A DNA stretch of 60,723 bases, taken from the NCBI GenBank assembly GCA_021432655.1, contig MU271250.1, positions 62,001-122,723 on the forward strand, written 5' to 3'. The stretch is from Atractiella rhizophila. Its lineage: Eukaryota. The first letter of the stretch is position 1, and every line of letters starts with the position of its first letter. Made by a program: the position numbers and the translations under genes. The notes below the pieces were generated by a model, which worked only from the letters and a program-made list of their open reading frames with translations, had not been told where the DNA came from and made no database searches. This document shows, in pieces, positions 1 to 14,739 of this stretch.

Positions 1-1368
1 AGCGACAAAAGGACAGAGGCAGCGGAGGAGATATGGGAAGTGGACCAGGCATGGGAGATGGAGACCAAGATCAAGAACAGTGAAATAAAATGTAACTATT
101 ATCAACATCACTCGCTCCGGATGAGGTATGAAAACTCGGGAGTGTGCGATTCGTGGGGATGCCAATTTCGATGTGGCCATTATTATGATGAGGGGAGTTA
201 TCAAGCAACCGAGGTACTACTAGACAGGTTTAAGCCCGTCCAAGTTTGAATGAGCAAACAAGACAGCAGGAAAGAGACTTTGCTACGCTTGTACCGTCGA
301 GCTCAGCACTGCGCCTCTTCGTGATTGATCAGAAAGGTGTTTTATTCTTGCAACGCGATTGAATACGCAGAGTGGCCTGACCCGACATCCTGACGACCAT
401 GCTGGGGCTCATGATCATGGAATGAACTGGAATAAAAACGCAGACCGTGATACTTTCTGCTTCTCCCCTTACGCTACCTATCCACTGTAACATTTGCACT
501 CAAGTCACACCATTTCTGGTTGGTTTTGATGATGAAAGAAGGAGCTGTGATATGTGATTGGAAGGCCGATTACAGGCGAGATTGGACCAGGAAAGTGGAG
601 ATTAAAGAGAATAGCAACGTCTGAGTCCCTTCTGTCCTTGAGTATGTCTTTGGGGCTTGTGACCGCTGTGGTTCGTAAAATTGGATTCGCCTTCCTTGGT
701 TTTACATGGATAGGGAGGAGGAATTGTAGCAAGGGGAGGACGGCTGTAGCAACATGAGTATGAAAACTCGTATGTTGCGATACCAGCCGGAGTGCGCACT
801 CTATAGAGGTGCAAGAGATATGAGGAACGATATGAAAGAAGCAGCGAGCAGGGAGGAAAGGGAGAATGATGACGCGATGAGAGGACTCTAGGCTGCCGTG
901 TCGTGCCGTTAATCTTCCTCTATCGCGACCCGACAAGCAGCGACAAGCGATAGCTCTCCAGTCTCCTTCCGCCTTGCCTATTGTCATAGAAATGTTCTTG
1001 GCTGGATGAGACGGCCCTGGATTTGGACGGCACAAATGCCTAGCGCGTCAACCACCACGCTCTCGCAGCTCCTGCGGCCTTGCTGATTGATCCCGGCAGA
1101 ATTATCCGTTCTTGCCATAAAAGCTGTAGGCCTTCCCTTGTTCCTTTTCCCTAGCCCAGGTCTGGTTCCTCTCGCCTCAAAAAGAATCGCACTTCATTTC
1201 TCCTTCCTCCGTTCCAACGTTTACGAACGAGTTCCCAGGCTCAGGTTAGCTTGCTTGCTGTTCATTTCGAGTTTATAGCTCTAGGCTGGTACCCCATCGT
1301 CGTATTCACCTATTAACGTCTAAATCCACCTTCTTTATATTCTTCCTGAAATTCTTCACTTTTCAAAA

Positions 1369-3431
1369 ATGAGGTCATACGCCCTCATCACGCTCTCTGC
1401 TCTTTTGGTACAACAAGCGGCCGCACATGCAGTCGTCACGCAAGTGCAGGGGGAAAATGGAGTAACGACTACTGGTTGGTTTTTTCTTCCAGTCATTTCA
1501 GTCGCCTGCTCATCTCCTCAACAGGGTTTGGAGTCAGTGCGTGATTTCTAGTACACAGCTGTGCATATTTGAAACGAAATTTTCTTCAAGTTGACGGTGT
1601 ATCCCGTGATGGATTGGACGAACAAGACTTTCAAATCGATACCTCAGTCTTCAAGGATCTCGTCAGTAATCCTTGTGGTGCGTGCATCTGCACAAGCTGT
1701 TGTGCTTTGAATGAACTGGCATGCAGGTGAAACAATTGGAGGCGGCAGTGTCGACATTGCGACCAACCTGGCCGCTGTTGAAGAGCAAGGAGGTGGACAA
1801 CTGCCTTCGCTCACGAGCGACCTCGTCATCAATATGAACATTCACCAGGTCAACGCTGACGGTGGTGGACCTTTCTTCGCCATGTTCAACGTCGTCAGTC
1901 ACTACTTAACACCCTGAGTTTCCTAATCTTGTGCATAGGATGGAACTGGTAAGACTTGGGAAGATGCCACAATTACGGTTCAGGCTCCAGGAGCGAGGGG
2001 TCTCATCGAGTGCGTCCTGCTATGTACATGGCAATCTTAGTGCACAGCTGATTTGACGTTTGTAGTGGAGGCGCTCTTGACAGCCCACTTGCAGTTCAGC
2101 TTCCTGAGGGTACAGTGTGCACAGGTGGAACCAATGGCGATGGCTAGTTTTCAGCCAACGTAGCACCGATTTATTGCTGACATAAAGCGAACCATAGCAT
2201 GCTTAATTCGTGTTTCTAATGGTGGTACTGATAGCGTGGCAAATGGCCCTGGTCCATTTGGCTCTTGCTTGGCCGTCCAAGTGAGTGTTCCCTCTTTGCG
2301 CAACCTGAGGCAAACCTGATTCTCATGCTCAAGAACCCTGATGCCAACGCTGCGGCTTCCACGTCCACGTCCACGTCCAATTCCACGACGACAGCCACTG
2401 ACAGTACCACTGGTACTGACAACAACAACAATGGTGGCCGCCGTAACCGTCACAATCGCAACGGGAACAAGCATCGTCGCACGAGGTCCAGGAGATCTGT
2501 TCCCAACCCACTAGGAGGAGCCTGATTGAGAGGAAGCTTCAAAACCGGGAAATTGTCAGGAAGAAGATTCAGGAAGTTGCAAATTCTCTTGCCAAGAGAG
2601 CGCTGTCCCTTTCTTCGGTTGATGTCAGCACTCTCAAGACCGTCATTGGGGCTGCTATCGGTTTGTCTTTTCTCATCCAAATGGATCTTTGCTCAACAAA
2701 GACAAAAGACACTCCTATCGATCTCGCTGCTGGTATTGACTCAACGGATCCTAACGGTGGCAGGGCCAACGTGGACACCACGAAGGCTCTCATCTCAATT
2801 CAAGAAGCTGAAAACATCAAGGAGGTCAGTTTCTTCACTCTCGTTACTATCACACGCTTTAAGACAAATGTATGTAGGCTGTTCGACAGGCTCTCACGGA
2901 TGCCATTGACACTATCGCGACTGACCCTGGCGTGAAAGTAGACAACCCTACGACTTCTGACGAGGATATTCAAGCTGCCCAAGATCGCGCCCTGGCGGCC
3001 CTTGCTGATGGATCGCTCAAGAGTGTCTCCGTCGTATGTTCTTTTCTCTCGTCAGACACGAAACAAATTGACTGGGGTGACAATATAGGCGCCCTCTGGA
3101 ATTACTGGAGGTGACATTCGAGGAGAGCAGGGTCAAAATGCTCTCGGAGTTCAGACGGCCACAGATCTGAAGGCTGCTGCCACTGGAAGCTCCGACTCTG
3201 CAGCAGCAACCATAACATCTGCAGCTTCTGCGGCTACTGTCACTGCGTACGTTTCATCACTATTGTTTTACTTTCCCTCATACTTTTTCCGCCAGTTCTT
3301 CTACCGCGGCCACCCAGAGTGCTGCCTCCGGATCTAGCAATGCAGCAACCGGAAACGATGGTTTTGTTCGACTTGACAACAAAAAGGTGAAGAAGGTGAA
3401 GAGGAGTCCGATGAAGGTTTCTTGGAAGTGA
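1369..3431 (+). CDS. Secreted Egh16/GAS1(MAS3)-like protein (DUF3129) with long Ser/Thr/Ala-rich C-terminal extension; many short introns; apparent -1 frameshift near 2507
   Basis: Signal peptide MRSYALITLSALLVQQAAAHAVV; spliced exons give FQIDTSVFK..NPCG, HQVNADGGGPF, DGTGKTW..QAPG, CTGGTNG, CLIRV..GPFGSC, all typical of the family; multiple GT..AG introns; last exon ends SPMKVSWK-TGA at 3431. Confidence 0.85.
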
Positions 3432-5200
3432 TCATCGTGATCACGTCATGGAATGTAAATAAGGATTTGTGACTTAGACACTCGCTTGGTTGGGAAATGT
3501 AGTCGATTCCTTTGAGGCAGCATTATCATTTTTGGACACATTCAGAATCACTCACAGTGGACAACTCATTTCGACATTTCGAGTTTGAGACCTGAAAATA
3601 TCGCTTGTGCCTGCGGACAACGAGCCTCTCACAAAATGACTCGCCAGTCTGCGTCAGTGCTATTCTCATGAAAGAGGACTATCCTCCTGCATTTGTGTGT
3701 AAGGAAAAAGCCTAACAGGCATTTTGTGAAGAAATTGAGTCCAAAAGTCAAGTTCTGGAGTCTGGCAGATGAAAGTTGATCAGAGGCGCATCCAGCTGAT
3801 TACTCCTACATTGGTCTGATTCAGTCCCATAGATCTTACATTCACATTCCCGCAAGAGCAGAACAGACTCAACTCCGCTGACTGACTGGAAAAGCAGGAA
3901 GGACAAGACGATGACGGAGATCGAGACATTCAGTGGAAGGCCCTAGATCAGCACCAATGGTTTGCAGCATCCTCGGACCTACCTTGAACCTTTCAAGCTT
4001 CAAAGGCGTGGCGCCTCCTCGATAGTCCATGCATAGAATCATAGCTCCTTAATCTTCCTTGTAACTTGCTTCTGTTGACAGATTCTGAACGTTTGAGGCC
4101 TTGGATTACTAGAAGACTGAGCGACAATGGGCAAGAACATCGATGAATTTCCTCTACTCGGAACAAGGCAACTTCTCCGGCACAGCGACAAGAAAAGCAA
4201 TCACTGCCCTGCTGCCTTTTCGGTTTTAAGGCCGGATTCAGATCCAGATTGTGCATTGACGTTACTGTCGACTCATGGAGCTCGAATGCAATTGAGAAAA
4301 AGGCAGCTGTACACAAAAATAATCGTCTTCCTGTCAATGTCAAGGTTTTCGTACCTCTTGTTGAAACGAGAAGAGCGATCTCGGAAGTCTGGAGCCACGC
4401 AATTGATCACAAGTCGACCTAGCCACTACCCCAACACCTTGGTCAAAGCGATTGAAGGGAGCAAAGGTGCTGGATGGGATCGAAGGGAACGACGGCTTCT
4501 TCTCCGCCACTTCGTCGTGCTAGCTCCTCTTTTGCAGCCGGATGCTCCATTATGAGCTCCATTGCCCCCACTTCCCCTCCTCCACGGTCTCGTTGGAAGA
4601 AAGCAGTGACGGTTGTTCGGGTCTGATGACGTTTGAGTTGCCATGTTGACTGTCTTGCCTGTCTTTGGAGGTTGTCGTCCGCCATGAGCCGTGGACCGGG
4701 AAACCAGAGCCTCTTCCTTTGGAATGTGCCACTTGGTGCCTTTGCTGTGATCGGAAGAGGTTCTGATTGGCGAGCAGTGTGAGAAGGGATTACTTCGCAG
4801 TGGCTGAGCTCGTTTGGCGTACGCTGTGTTGAGGTACGTACGTCACGAATTTCCGCGAGCTTCCTTGGTTTTGATGACCAAGTTGAACGTCAACAGTCAA
4901 CACTCTGCACTCTGAGAGGTTGTGCTGGAAGAATATTTCTGCTGATAATTCATGAAAGGGAGATACTTGTACTCTTGGAGGGATAGATGGGCAAGCGCCG
5001 AGACGAGGTCCAAGAACCGAATTGGCGGTGGGTTTGTCGCTCGGACGGTGGGCAGCGCCTTCTGCGGTTGCAGGGCGTGGCGAGGTCACGACTTCTTATA
5101 AGTGAGGCCCTGTAAGTTTCCCACCCCCCAGTTCAGTCTCCCAGGCCTAGACGCCTCACCCATATCCATATAGTACCCATCCATTCGAAGAAGGCAAAGA

Positions 5201-6439
5201 ATGGCAACACACAACATGAAGAGGGGCAACAGCATCAAACTTGATCAACCGACTCCTCTTGTGAGGACTTCATCAAACGACAACTATTATGGTCGTAAAG
5301 GTATCCCTCTCAATCTTTCGCATGGCACAATAGTAACTGACAGAAATGGGATCAGAAATATCCCAGCTTATCGAGCGCACGGTCTTCAAATTATTCCCCA
5401 AACATCGGGACACCGACTCCGCTTCTCCCTTTAGACAGCTCGATCCTAACGCCATTCCCTCCTCTTCGTCGAAGGGAGGAGAGAGTGACGACTTCGCTTG
5501 GAGCTCAAAGTGCAACGAATCAGTGTCCCACTGGCTGGTTCGTCTCACCTCCCGTTTCTGAAGTGTGCAATGACCGAACTAATTTCTTGGACTCGCGACC
5601 AGGCGTGGGTTCTGTATCGGGCGAAACTGCCAGAGTTCATAATTCACCATTCACTCTACCTCCTCCACCGACTGTCCTCCACCTACTCGTTCACGATGTC
5701 GACCACCGACGACCTCCTCCACCGTCGATTGATCTTCACTTCCCTCATCCTCGCCACCAAATATTCTCTCGACAATTCCTACACTAACGCTTCTTGGTCC
5801 GAAGCATCCAAATATCTCTTCTCCGTACGCGAGATCAGCCAGATGGAGCTTGAGGTACTGAGTTGGCTGGGCTGGCGTCTGGGCGAGCCAGATTTGGAGG
5901 CGAAGGTGGGACAGTGGATTGAGAGTTGCAAAAAGGAGGCTGCGGAGGAACCAGAGAGCCCTGTAGAGAAGGCCATCACGAATACAACCAGCCTGTTGAG
6001 AGCCGTACAAAGCGAATATCGACATAGGACGACTCGAACTGTAGCACCTTCTCTCCTCCGTCGACACACGTCCAAACGTGAGCGATTGAGGAATCGCATC
6101 CGTCATTCTCTCTCCATCTCACATGTCGACTCTCCTATTCTTGACGTGTCCTCTTCCTCGTCGTCCGAAAACTCTTCATCTGGAGAAGAAACATCTAGTT
6201 CAGATGAGTACACCTCCCGACAGATGGACTGTTCTCCTTCTCCTTCACCCTCTCCAAGGAAGAACTCGAAGGAGGTCATGGAGGAAAAAAGGACGAGTCT
6301 CACCCTGTCACAGAGTGCAATGATACCTCCACTTCTTGCTCATCTGTCGACTCAAATAATCCTCTCAACCTCTGGTTACGGAACAGCACATGGGCATGTA
6401 CCTGGCTTCAACCTGTTGGTTGACCGGGTGCCTTGTTGA
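5201..6439 (+). CDS. Pho80/Pcl-type (Pho85) cyclin with Ser-rich C-terminal tail
   Basis: Cyclin-box motif HRRLIFTSLILATKYSLDNSYTNASW..FSVREISQMELEVLSWLGWRL in ORF 5498-6439; 5' exon from ATG 5201 with intron 5301-5343 needs a 1-nt indel at the T-run near 5555, so the start is uncertain. Confidence 0.8.
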
Positions 6440-7016
6440 CCGTCCTCTGGCCGCTATCCCACTTTGTCACTCACAATTCCTAGCCTTTCATTTTTGGGGA
6501 TCACCTATCTCCCTTCAGTTACCTACACTTCGTCTTTCCATTCCCTCGCTCTCCCTTTCCCTTCACCTTCAAGCTCCTTCTCTTGTCTGTGATTTCGATG
6601 TTGTCCTTCCCAATTCCGTCAGCTTGATTCTCTACTTTGGACGTGGGTTCTGGTTTGTGTCTCCTGCATCATCGATTCATCTGGACAGTTTGTCTCATCA
6701 CCAGCATTGTATAAATACCTCATGACCATCGACATTAAGCAGTACAATTATTATCCAGACTGCCGTTACCAACCATTCTCCTAATTATGCTGAGATGCAG
6801 CCTGACACCAAAAGTGAGGATGTCATTCATTCAACGATCATGTGAAGGATACGGTATTGCCTATTTCTACACATCTGGATAATATTGTTACTTTAAGAGA
6901 AATCAGGTTGAAAACACGATTGAGAACAGGAAACCTCATGGGATGGAGGAGCGCGGAGGAAAGGTTAATGTGAAAAGATCAAAGAGCAAAGAACATGAAA
7001 AAGCTAAACGAGATAC

Positions 7017-10000
7017 TCATGCTGCTGGGTGACTTGGATACGGTATCGGGGTATAATACACTGGTTGTTGCTGTAGTGGAAGAGTCCTCAAAGCCTGAAT
7101 CTGTTGTTGGGAAGATGGCCCAACTGCTCGTGCAGCTGGTATTTGACCATTGGGATGCCCACTCGGGACGCGCTGAGGTTGAGAAACTGTGATAGGCATG
7201 GGACGCGAGGTGGGGGTGAGTGGATTGGGAGGCGGTTGCATCAAACTGCGTTGTGGAAACGGTTGTTGCATACCGGGGTTGACAGGAACGGTGGGTAAGC
7301 CAGAAAGAATCCTATCAACGGCTGACAGCGGGCCGTCAATGCGACTGTAGCATCTGAGAAACTCTTCTCTCGCCGTCTTGACCTCAACCATCGCTGGAAC
7401 GACGCTTTCTCTGATGTCGTGTTCGATGGAGCCCAACCGTAGTTTATGGCTCTCAAGCATACTCTTGTAGTCCTCCTTCGTCTTTGTGTTCTCCGCCTCA
7501 ACAATTGAAAGGCGAGTCTCGAGATCGGTGAAGCGTTCATTGGCTACTAGACCGGAAGAATCATATTCTTTGACGGGGAGTGGGCCGATCGTCTCGAGAA
7601 GATTTTCGGGCGTGAGAACGTCGTGCAATATGCCAGTGACGACGGGTCTGAGATTGTCGGAGAGAGAGAGGGCTTGCTTAACTTCTTCATTCATACGGTC
7701 CTCGCTTTGAACAAGAACTTCTTCAAGAGTCCTAAGCCTGTCACCCAATTCGGCAACCTTCTGTTTGAAGACTTGGACCTCAGGTGATGACTGTGCCACA
7801 ACGTTAGTCGGACAACACATGTGAGAATGTGATCAAAGTACCGTAGCCGGCGTGTGCGATCTCCTCTCTAACTTCGTCATATCCGATAGAACAGACTGGC
7901 ACTTTTTCAGTTTCACGATACGAGACATAATGCAACCACCCACCGTATAGTTTGCTTTCAGACTGTCAATGTCGGTTTCAATGGCAGACAACAATGACGC
8001 AGACTTCAATGACAAAATCAGCTCGACCGACACTTAATGGTAGGAACTAACCTTTTCCTCTACTCCCTGCACAAGTTTTTCCAAAGAAGTCAATCTCCTT
8101 TTCAAACCAGTCATTTTCCCAGCTTTCCCTCCATCATCACTCCCTTCGTTAGGGGTCTTCAGATGTTTCAACTCAGACCTAATAGCTGTCATTTGCTCCT
8201 CCAACTGCTGCTCAAGCCTCTCCCTCTTCAAGTCATGATCACTGAAGGTGGATTTGACTGCGTCGCCTTCCGATGTGAACTTGTCCACCAGTGTTTTCTG
8301 GTCCGCTTCGATTTTCGACACGGAAGCAATGATCTCATCAGCTTTTCCTACGAGCTTCTCCTCCAATTCGCTGATCAGACCACTCGTCGCTCCTTCTTCT
8401 GCATTTCCTTTCGCACTCGCTGTCATGAGGTTGTCTATATCAGAGCTACACTTCGTTTTAAACTCTGACAGAGCTTCCACCTCTGTGGTTAGGTCGGTGA
8501 TCTGGCGCACAATGTCCTTCGAACTTTGCGTGGACAAATTCCTTTCAAGTTCCTTAACACGATCGAGTAGAGTCGGGCCTGAACTGAAGTTGAAACCATC
8601 AAAATTACCTATGAGCTTGGCATGGTTCTGGACCTGGCCTTTCACGAATTGAAAATCGAGGGAAGAGGCAGGAGATAGAGCAGCGCCGGATTTATTGACG
8701 TTTTCGATTCGTTCAACCTTCAGTTGAAGGAAGTCTATGGATCGTTGAACGTCCCGAATATCACTTTCGGATTTCTGTGTTCGTTGTTCTAACGAGGTGA
8801 TGCGTGCGTCTGTTCTCTGAGTGCGATCGAGCACAGCCGTCAGTCCTAATTTTTGCACGGACAACTTATCCATGGCTTGCTGTGGTTGGTCTCTGGCCTG
8901 ACGTCTCGCAAGTCGCGCTTCATATTCCAGATACGATTGAACCTCCTGGTTGATTTCTATGGGAAGAAAGTTTCGAGCCATAGCGCCCTGCATTTGACGG
9001 AGCAGATCGTCAAGCTGACTCTGGAGCTTCCCATATGTGACAAAGTTGGTGTCAGTTGGTTTTGAACTGGAAGGAGATAGCTGGCCTGGTTGAAGTTGTT
9101 GGGCACCGTTAGCTGGGGTGGAAGGATGATGTGTAAGGGGGTTTTGGGAAGCCTGAGTAGACCCACTTTACAGCAAAGTCAGGGAGTTAGAATGTTGAGT
9201 TCGCACGGACTCACGCTTGAACGACGCTGCGTTGTTGAAGTCTAGCTTTAACTGGACTGGCGACATCATCGGATTGTCGTGGAGTCAGATTTGTTTCCTG
9301 AGAGGAAACTAATTAATGGCTCAAACCAAAAAGACGCAAACCCACGGTGGATGAAGTATCGAATCTACCTTCCACTGCGCCGATTCTCCGATTCTGCATC
9401 ACATACGCCTCCTGGAGTAAGTTGATCTTCCGTCCAGCTTCCCTCCTCAGCTCATTGATCACGGTCGCTGCGTTCTTCAAACATTCAATCGCACGATCAT
9501 CTCTCCTCTTCAGCTCCACATTCTCATCCTCCAACCGCGAAAGCCTTGTTTCCAGTGTCCCTATGAGTTCCGTTTTTTGGTTGAGCTCAGCTTGGAGATT
9601 TTTGAGTATCGGCATGATGACAGCTTCTATATGAGTATGCACAGCCTTTTCAGCGGCAGAAGCAAAGGTTCTATTTTTCGTTTTATTGGCGCTCAGGGTG
9701 ATGTGGACACTTCTTTGGTGTTTCTGGTATTGGATGTCTTCTTTGGACGCCTCGTCAAACTTCGCAGCTGCCACCATCTCGGTCCCTTTCTCCAGTACCT
9801 CCTTCCATTTCGTCTCCTTCGTCAATAACTCAGCCTTCAGATTCGCCTTGTTTGGCGCACCGACGACCGCTAATCGCGCCTCGTGTAGATCTTGTGCGAG
9901 GCGTTCGCTGGAGGATTGGAGGCTACGCGCAGTTTCTTGGACTTTGGAGGTGTAAGTCTTGTATTTAATTCCCGAGGTAAGCTTGTTCTCGTATCGCACT

Positions 10001-10651
10001 CGTTCTACAGCACTGAGATCCGCTGCTCTGCAAAAGGGCAAAATGTGTGAGGTTTGCTATAGAGAAAAGTGTAGGCACGATAGTTTCATCACAAAATACT
10101 ATCTGCCTCAGTACATTAACAATAACTTAAACAGATTCCTAACTGCGATCAAGATCAGCTGGGCGGATCTTGTTACAGACAGCATCCATAAGACTAACTA
10201 TTCATGCAATGCATGTCTTGTGGGTTTTGTTGCCACTATAAGGATACACAGGCAGTAAGAAAGCATATAAATTTCCAGGTGCCAGAAAGTCAGATCGCAA
10301 AACTGCGTTTGTAACAGTGGCCATGTTATAGTAGCAACACTGCTATTTGGTAAAGGCTGAGATTTATAGCAACACATAGAACTCTTTAGAACCGTAGAAT
10401 AGCTAAATTCACAATAAGAAACAGTCATGCTCTAGAAAGTAGTCTACGTCCTTTGCTGTGACAACAGCCTGAAGACGCCTATACCCTATCCAAAGGGTCA
10501 CAAGAAACACGTACACAGCCCATGCCTCATACAAGCTCGAATAATCTTCTTGGACCTGCGCCAATTCCACAGGCGATCTCTTCATCTGCCGTTCTCCTTC
10601 GACTGTGCCCTCCGTTTCCCTCGTCCGCTTGGATGACGACGGTTCTGCCAT
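7017..10651 (-). CDS. Large multi-exon coiled-coil protein with Pro/Gln-rich C-terminus, function unknown
   Basis: Consecutive minus-strand ORFs 9313-10041, 8034-8993, 7833-8033 and 7017-7820 with heptad-like composition joined by GT..AG introns; probable start MAEPSSSKRTRE at 10651. Confidence 0.65.
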
Positions 10652-12154
10652 GTCTCCTTCTCTGGCGCGAACGCACAGATCCTGTGGTCGAGTTTGACAA
10701 GGTTTCAAGCGATGGAAGGTTTGCTGCGGGTGCCTTTGTCTTGACCAGGTACCGTTAACGGGGACGTTTCTGTTGGCAGATTTCGAAGAGCAAATTCAAA
10801 ACTGCCTATTCTGTCAAATCGATGTTGACTTGTCAAAATATGGTTACCTCATCGATTCATCCCAAAGATTATGCAGTATGTGCTCTACTCGTTACTGTAA
10901 TCCGCCACCAAGCATCCCAAACTATCTGCCGGGTCGCCCACCTTGCCGGCAGGTCGACGCTGTCCGGAGGCGTGGCTGAACCTACGGGTTCAAATAGCGA
11001 CTGCGGGATATTCAATGATCTCCTTTCCGAATCTTCCAGCCATCCCATCAAAAGCGACCAATCAGTACATCCAGAGAATCCCTCAGCCACCATATCTGTC
11101 AAGTTGGACTCTATCGCCACCCGCCACTAGAAGGCCAGGACACGCAGAACGCAAGCCGCAATTTGGAAGCGAGCAGTTTGGCCAGGTTTGGCACGAATCC
11201 GAAACGAAAGCATTACCTAGTCCCATACCACCGAACTTGGATCTCGTCCGCTCCAGTTCCAGCTTCCCCAGACTTCTCGACCTTTTTCACGCTCATAGTT
11301 GCTCTACAATACTTGCTTGCTTGGTCTAGTAGTTCACCAGCTGAAGGTATGATTTCAGTTCATATTGATAAGTTGTGAGTTCTTCGGTTAACTGGGCGAA
11401 TTTGGAGCAGTTTGAATATCGCACACGCTGTCACATTGTCAACAACGGCGAGCTGCTAGAATTGACGGAAGGGTTAAATGTCTGGCATGGACAAAGGTGG
11501 CTCATCAGCCAATGGCAACTATACGCTTGCCAAGGATGAGTATAGCAAGCTCGATAATCTTCCGTGAGCAATTTTTTTGGGATTCGTTGTGGGAAAGATG
11601 GGATTGTGGATTGTCTATCAACGTCCTAGGCGACACTGGCAAAGGAAGGTGTGAGCCAATTTCGCAGTGTGGAGGAGCAAGGTGCAAGCTGCATTCATTA
11701 CTTAGGGCAATTGCTGATCCAAGGGCATGTGAACGATGGATGCAAATAAAGAGCGCCATGTCGCATCGCATCGACAAGACAAATTGCATTGCTTTGCAGA
11801 GCGCATCATTCGCTTTCATCATTCGCATTGAGTCCACCATTTTCAGAGGCCATGTTATCACGCCCACGCACCTCCTGACACTGAAGGAAGCATTAGTCCC
11901 CAATCTGGATTGTGACGAGCGGATTGGAATCGTTCGAGGGGTTTTTGGAACAAACTCAAACTTTTCTTCCTTTCCATATGGATTGATCTCCGACCAACCT
12001 TCGAGAATATGACGTCGTTCTTCAGATTCGGATTCAGATTAAGTTTTCTGCATTCGTCACCTAACTTCCGTTACAACCGTCTCAGCTTTTCTTGTCATCC
12101 GCTTCCCTCCTCTTCCCCTGAGAATCACTTTTCATAGCCAATGATGACTCCAAG

Positions 12155-14146
12155 ATGGCTTCGCTTTCATCATTGAGCCTTCCAAAAGGCGACGCCAATT
12201 CTGACGCTGTTTTCCTTTCCAGTGGATACGAAATATTCATGCGACAAAATCCAATCCAGGCTCGTCTGTGCAGTTTCAAGGAAAAAGGTGTGTCAGCTGT
12301 CCTCATGCGGCTTGTTCTCACTTGCAACCCATTTAGTGGACAGGCGACCAGTGGATCCACCTCCTATCGTTGAAGTCAAATCAACGGATTCTCACGATTA
12401 GTGTGTCTGGCTTCTGCTTCCAATTATTGCTAAGATTGCATTCAAGCGAGCTGGGTCAAAACTCACACCTCTTTCTTCATGCCTTCCTCGTTCACCCCGA
12501 CAGCTTAGAGGAAGTGCGATCAGAGAATGGAGGGAATAAGTGTACAGCTGGCACAGTGGTGCAAAGTCCGCACAGGATGAAGGATCTGGATGGCAGTTGT
12601 GAGTCTGGTCGCCATAGTTATCTACATTGGTTATTAACTGTTACTGCGATGCTTAGCTTCTGTTTATTTTGCATTCCCAGACCTCAGTCTCCGTGTTGAA
12701 GGCACCTTCAAACTCAAATTTGTCCTGTTCGAAATGTTGGAGTATGTTTTTGCTCTCTCCTAGACACTACAGTCTCAAGGTAAATGCAGGGAGGGAGCGA
12801 TCAGTGTTGCGTCCTGTTATTCAGCTGATTTCAAAGTTCTCTCGCCAAAACTGTTTCCTGGCATGTCCGAAAGCACTCTTCTCACGAGGCACATTGCCGA
12901 GCAGGGTTTCAAGTTGAGAGTGAGGAAGAAGAACAGAGCCACAACTACGTGAGTAGTTTCCCGGTCTTCTTTAGTGAAGCTGCATGTCTTGACGATTTCG
13001 GTTTGGCCTTAAATCAGCAGACAGAAACGTTTGGCCGCAACTGCAGCTTCCGAAGATCTCAGCCCATCTCAACCTCCTTCTAAAATGTCGAAGCCAAATC
13101 GACGAAAAGCCACAATAACGATGGCGATGCCAACTCCTGCTATTCATCTCAATCCCGATATGCCAATGGCTGGACCTTCTTCCATGACAGTGAACGTACC
13201 ACTGTCAGTTGAACGTGGACATGCTTCTGGGCCTCCATACTCCATCCCTAGCTACCAACATCAGGGTCGAGCCCACGCATCAGAGCGGTGGGCCCATCAG
13301 CCAGTCGGTTCATCTCTCCTTCCTAGCGGGAGGAATAATCCCCAATCTTCTTGGTATCCTCCGCCTACGTCACATCACCACTTCCATCAACCAAGTCCGT
13401 ATGAGCAACCCCAACATTCCCAGTATGCTCTTAGACCCGAAGGACCTCGAGTCCTTTCCGCTCCGATACCAGCGAGAGAAGATTATTTGCGCGAACCCTT
13501 CTACCCACACCGTCCAGAGCTACAGCACCCCGCGTCAGCTCCCAACCACGTTACTTTCAACACTATGCCATTCCACACTGGTAGACGACATTCTTCGACA
13601 AGCCGTAACAACGAGTTTTCTAGCCCACTGCGCCTTCCTTCCATTTTCTCGTCGGGAAGGAGTAATCTGCCGGTTTCAAGTGAAAGAGATCGGCGGGAGG
13701 ATACTTCTGCGAATGAGAACGCGGAAGATAAAAGTCGAAGGGGGAGGGATACTAGCGGTTCTGGCTCTGGAGTGGCGGATAAGGCTACCGTTCCAGTGGG
13801 GATTGATAACATTGACCAAAGGCGGCATTCTTTCTCCCCTACCCTCCGCTTTGGTCACCTCCTTCACTCTGTGAATGAAATGCCAGAATCGCCAACATTC
13901 AGGTCTTCTTCGCGTCCAACGACACAGCCAGCCACGTCAACCTTGCCCGGTCCTATATCAACCTCAAGTGCAAGCGAGGCCTCCATGATACCGACTTCGA
14001 CTTCGACCATTGGAACGGGACTCAATCCGAGTCCTTTCCACCACCGTCTCCCACCACCCGCTCATCTGGAGTCGACTATCTCTCAGAGACATTATAGACC
14101 ACAGGAGGACCAAGCGCCATTGGAATGGGTCAAAGGCTTGTTGTGA
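12155..14146 (+). CDS. Velvet-domain transcriptional regulator (subfamily not assignable)
   Basis: Spliced exons give YEIFMRQNPIQARLCSFKEK/VDRRPVDPPPIVEV, PDLSLRVEGTFKLKFVLFEM and SPKLFPGMSESTLLTRHIAEQGFKLRVR (hallmark velvet motifs), followed by a Pro/Ser/His-rich disordered tail (ORF 13031-14146); start codon uncertain. Confidence 0.9.
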
Positions 14147-14739
14147 CAATTATTTATTTTGCTTCGTTCGCTTTTCAGTCTCATCATCAGTGTAAGTGGG
14201 TGTAAATCGCTCAGTGTCCTCAATATGATAGTATGTTTAAGAGGAATAGTTTGTCGAAGTTGGATAATTATCTGCTTGATATCCTTGTTTTGTGTATAAT
14301 TTCGATTTTTCATTCTAGGCTCCATTTTCTACGATCTTTTGCCGTCCCTTTGGGAATAGAAACCCATATCGTCTCCATCATCCCGCAATTGGTTGGCCAC
14401 CGTTTTGAGCTGAAGCTTAAGCGCTTGAGTTCCACCTTCATTTGAACCCTGTTGCCCCGTTGGTGTTGGTGTTGCCCGATCATGAGTCAACTCCGAATCC
14501 GAGTTCCCGAACCACTGCATGAAATGAATCGCTGATGATGAATACATAAAGCACTGACTTTAAAATCTGAGCCCACCGAGTCGAAAATCGATTTACCTGT
14601 TGTACCCCAGAGTTGAATTCAGTAGAGCGAAAGTGCATGAATTTTGATCTGATTCAGGTTTTCGGTTTGGTCGTTCGTGACATTGTGTGCTTCTCATACT
14701 TTCATGTGAGATCCATGAAGTGCTGAAGTCATCACAGGT

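Noticed and set aside
3993..5089. Short ORFs on both strands as a gene
   Set aside because: No coherent exon chain or recognisable motif.
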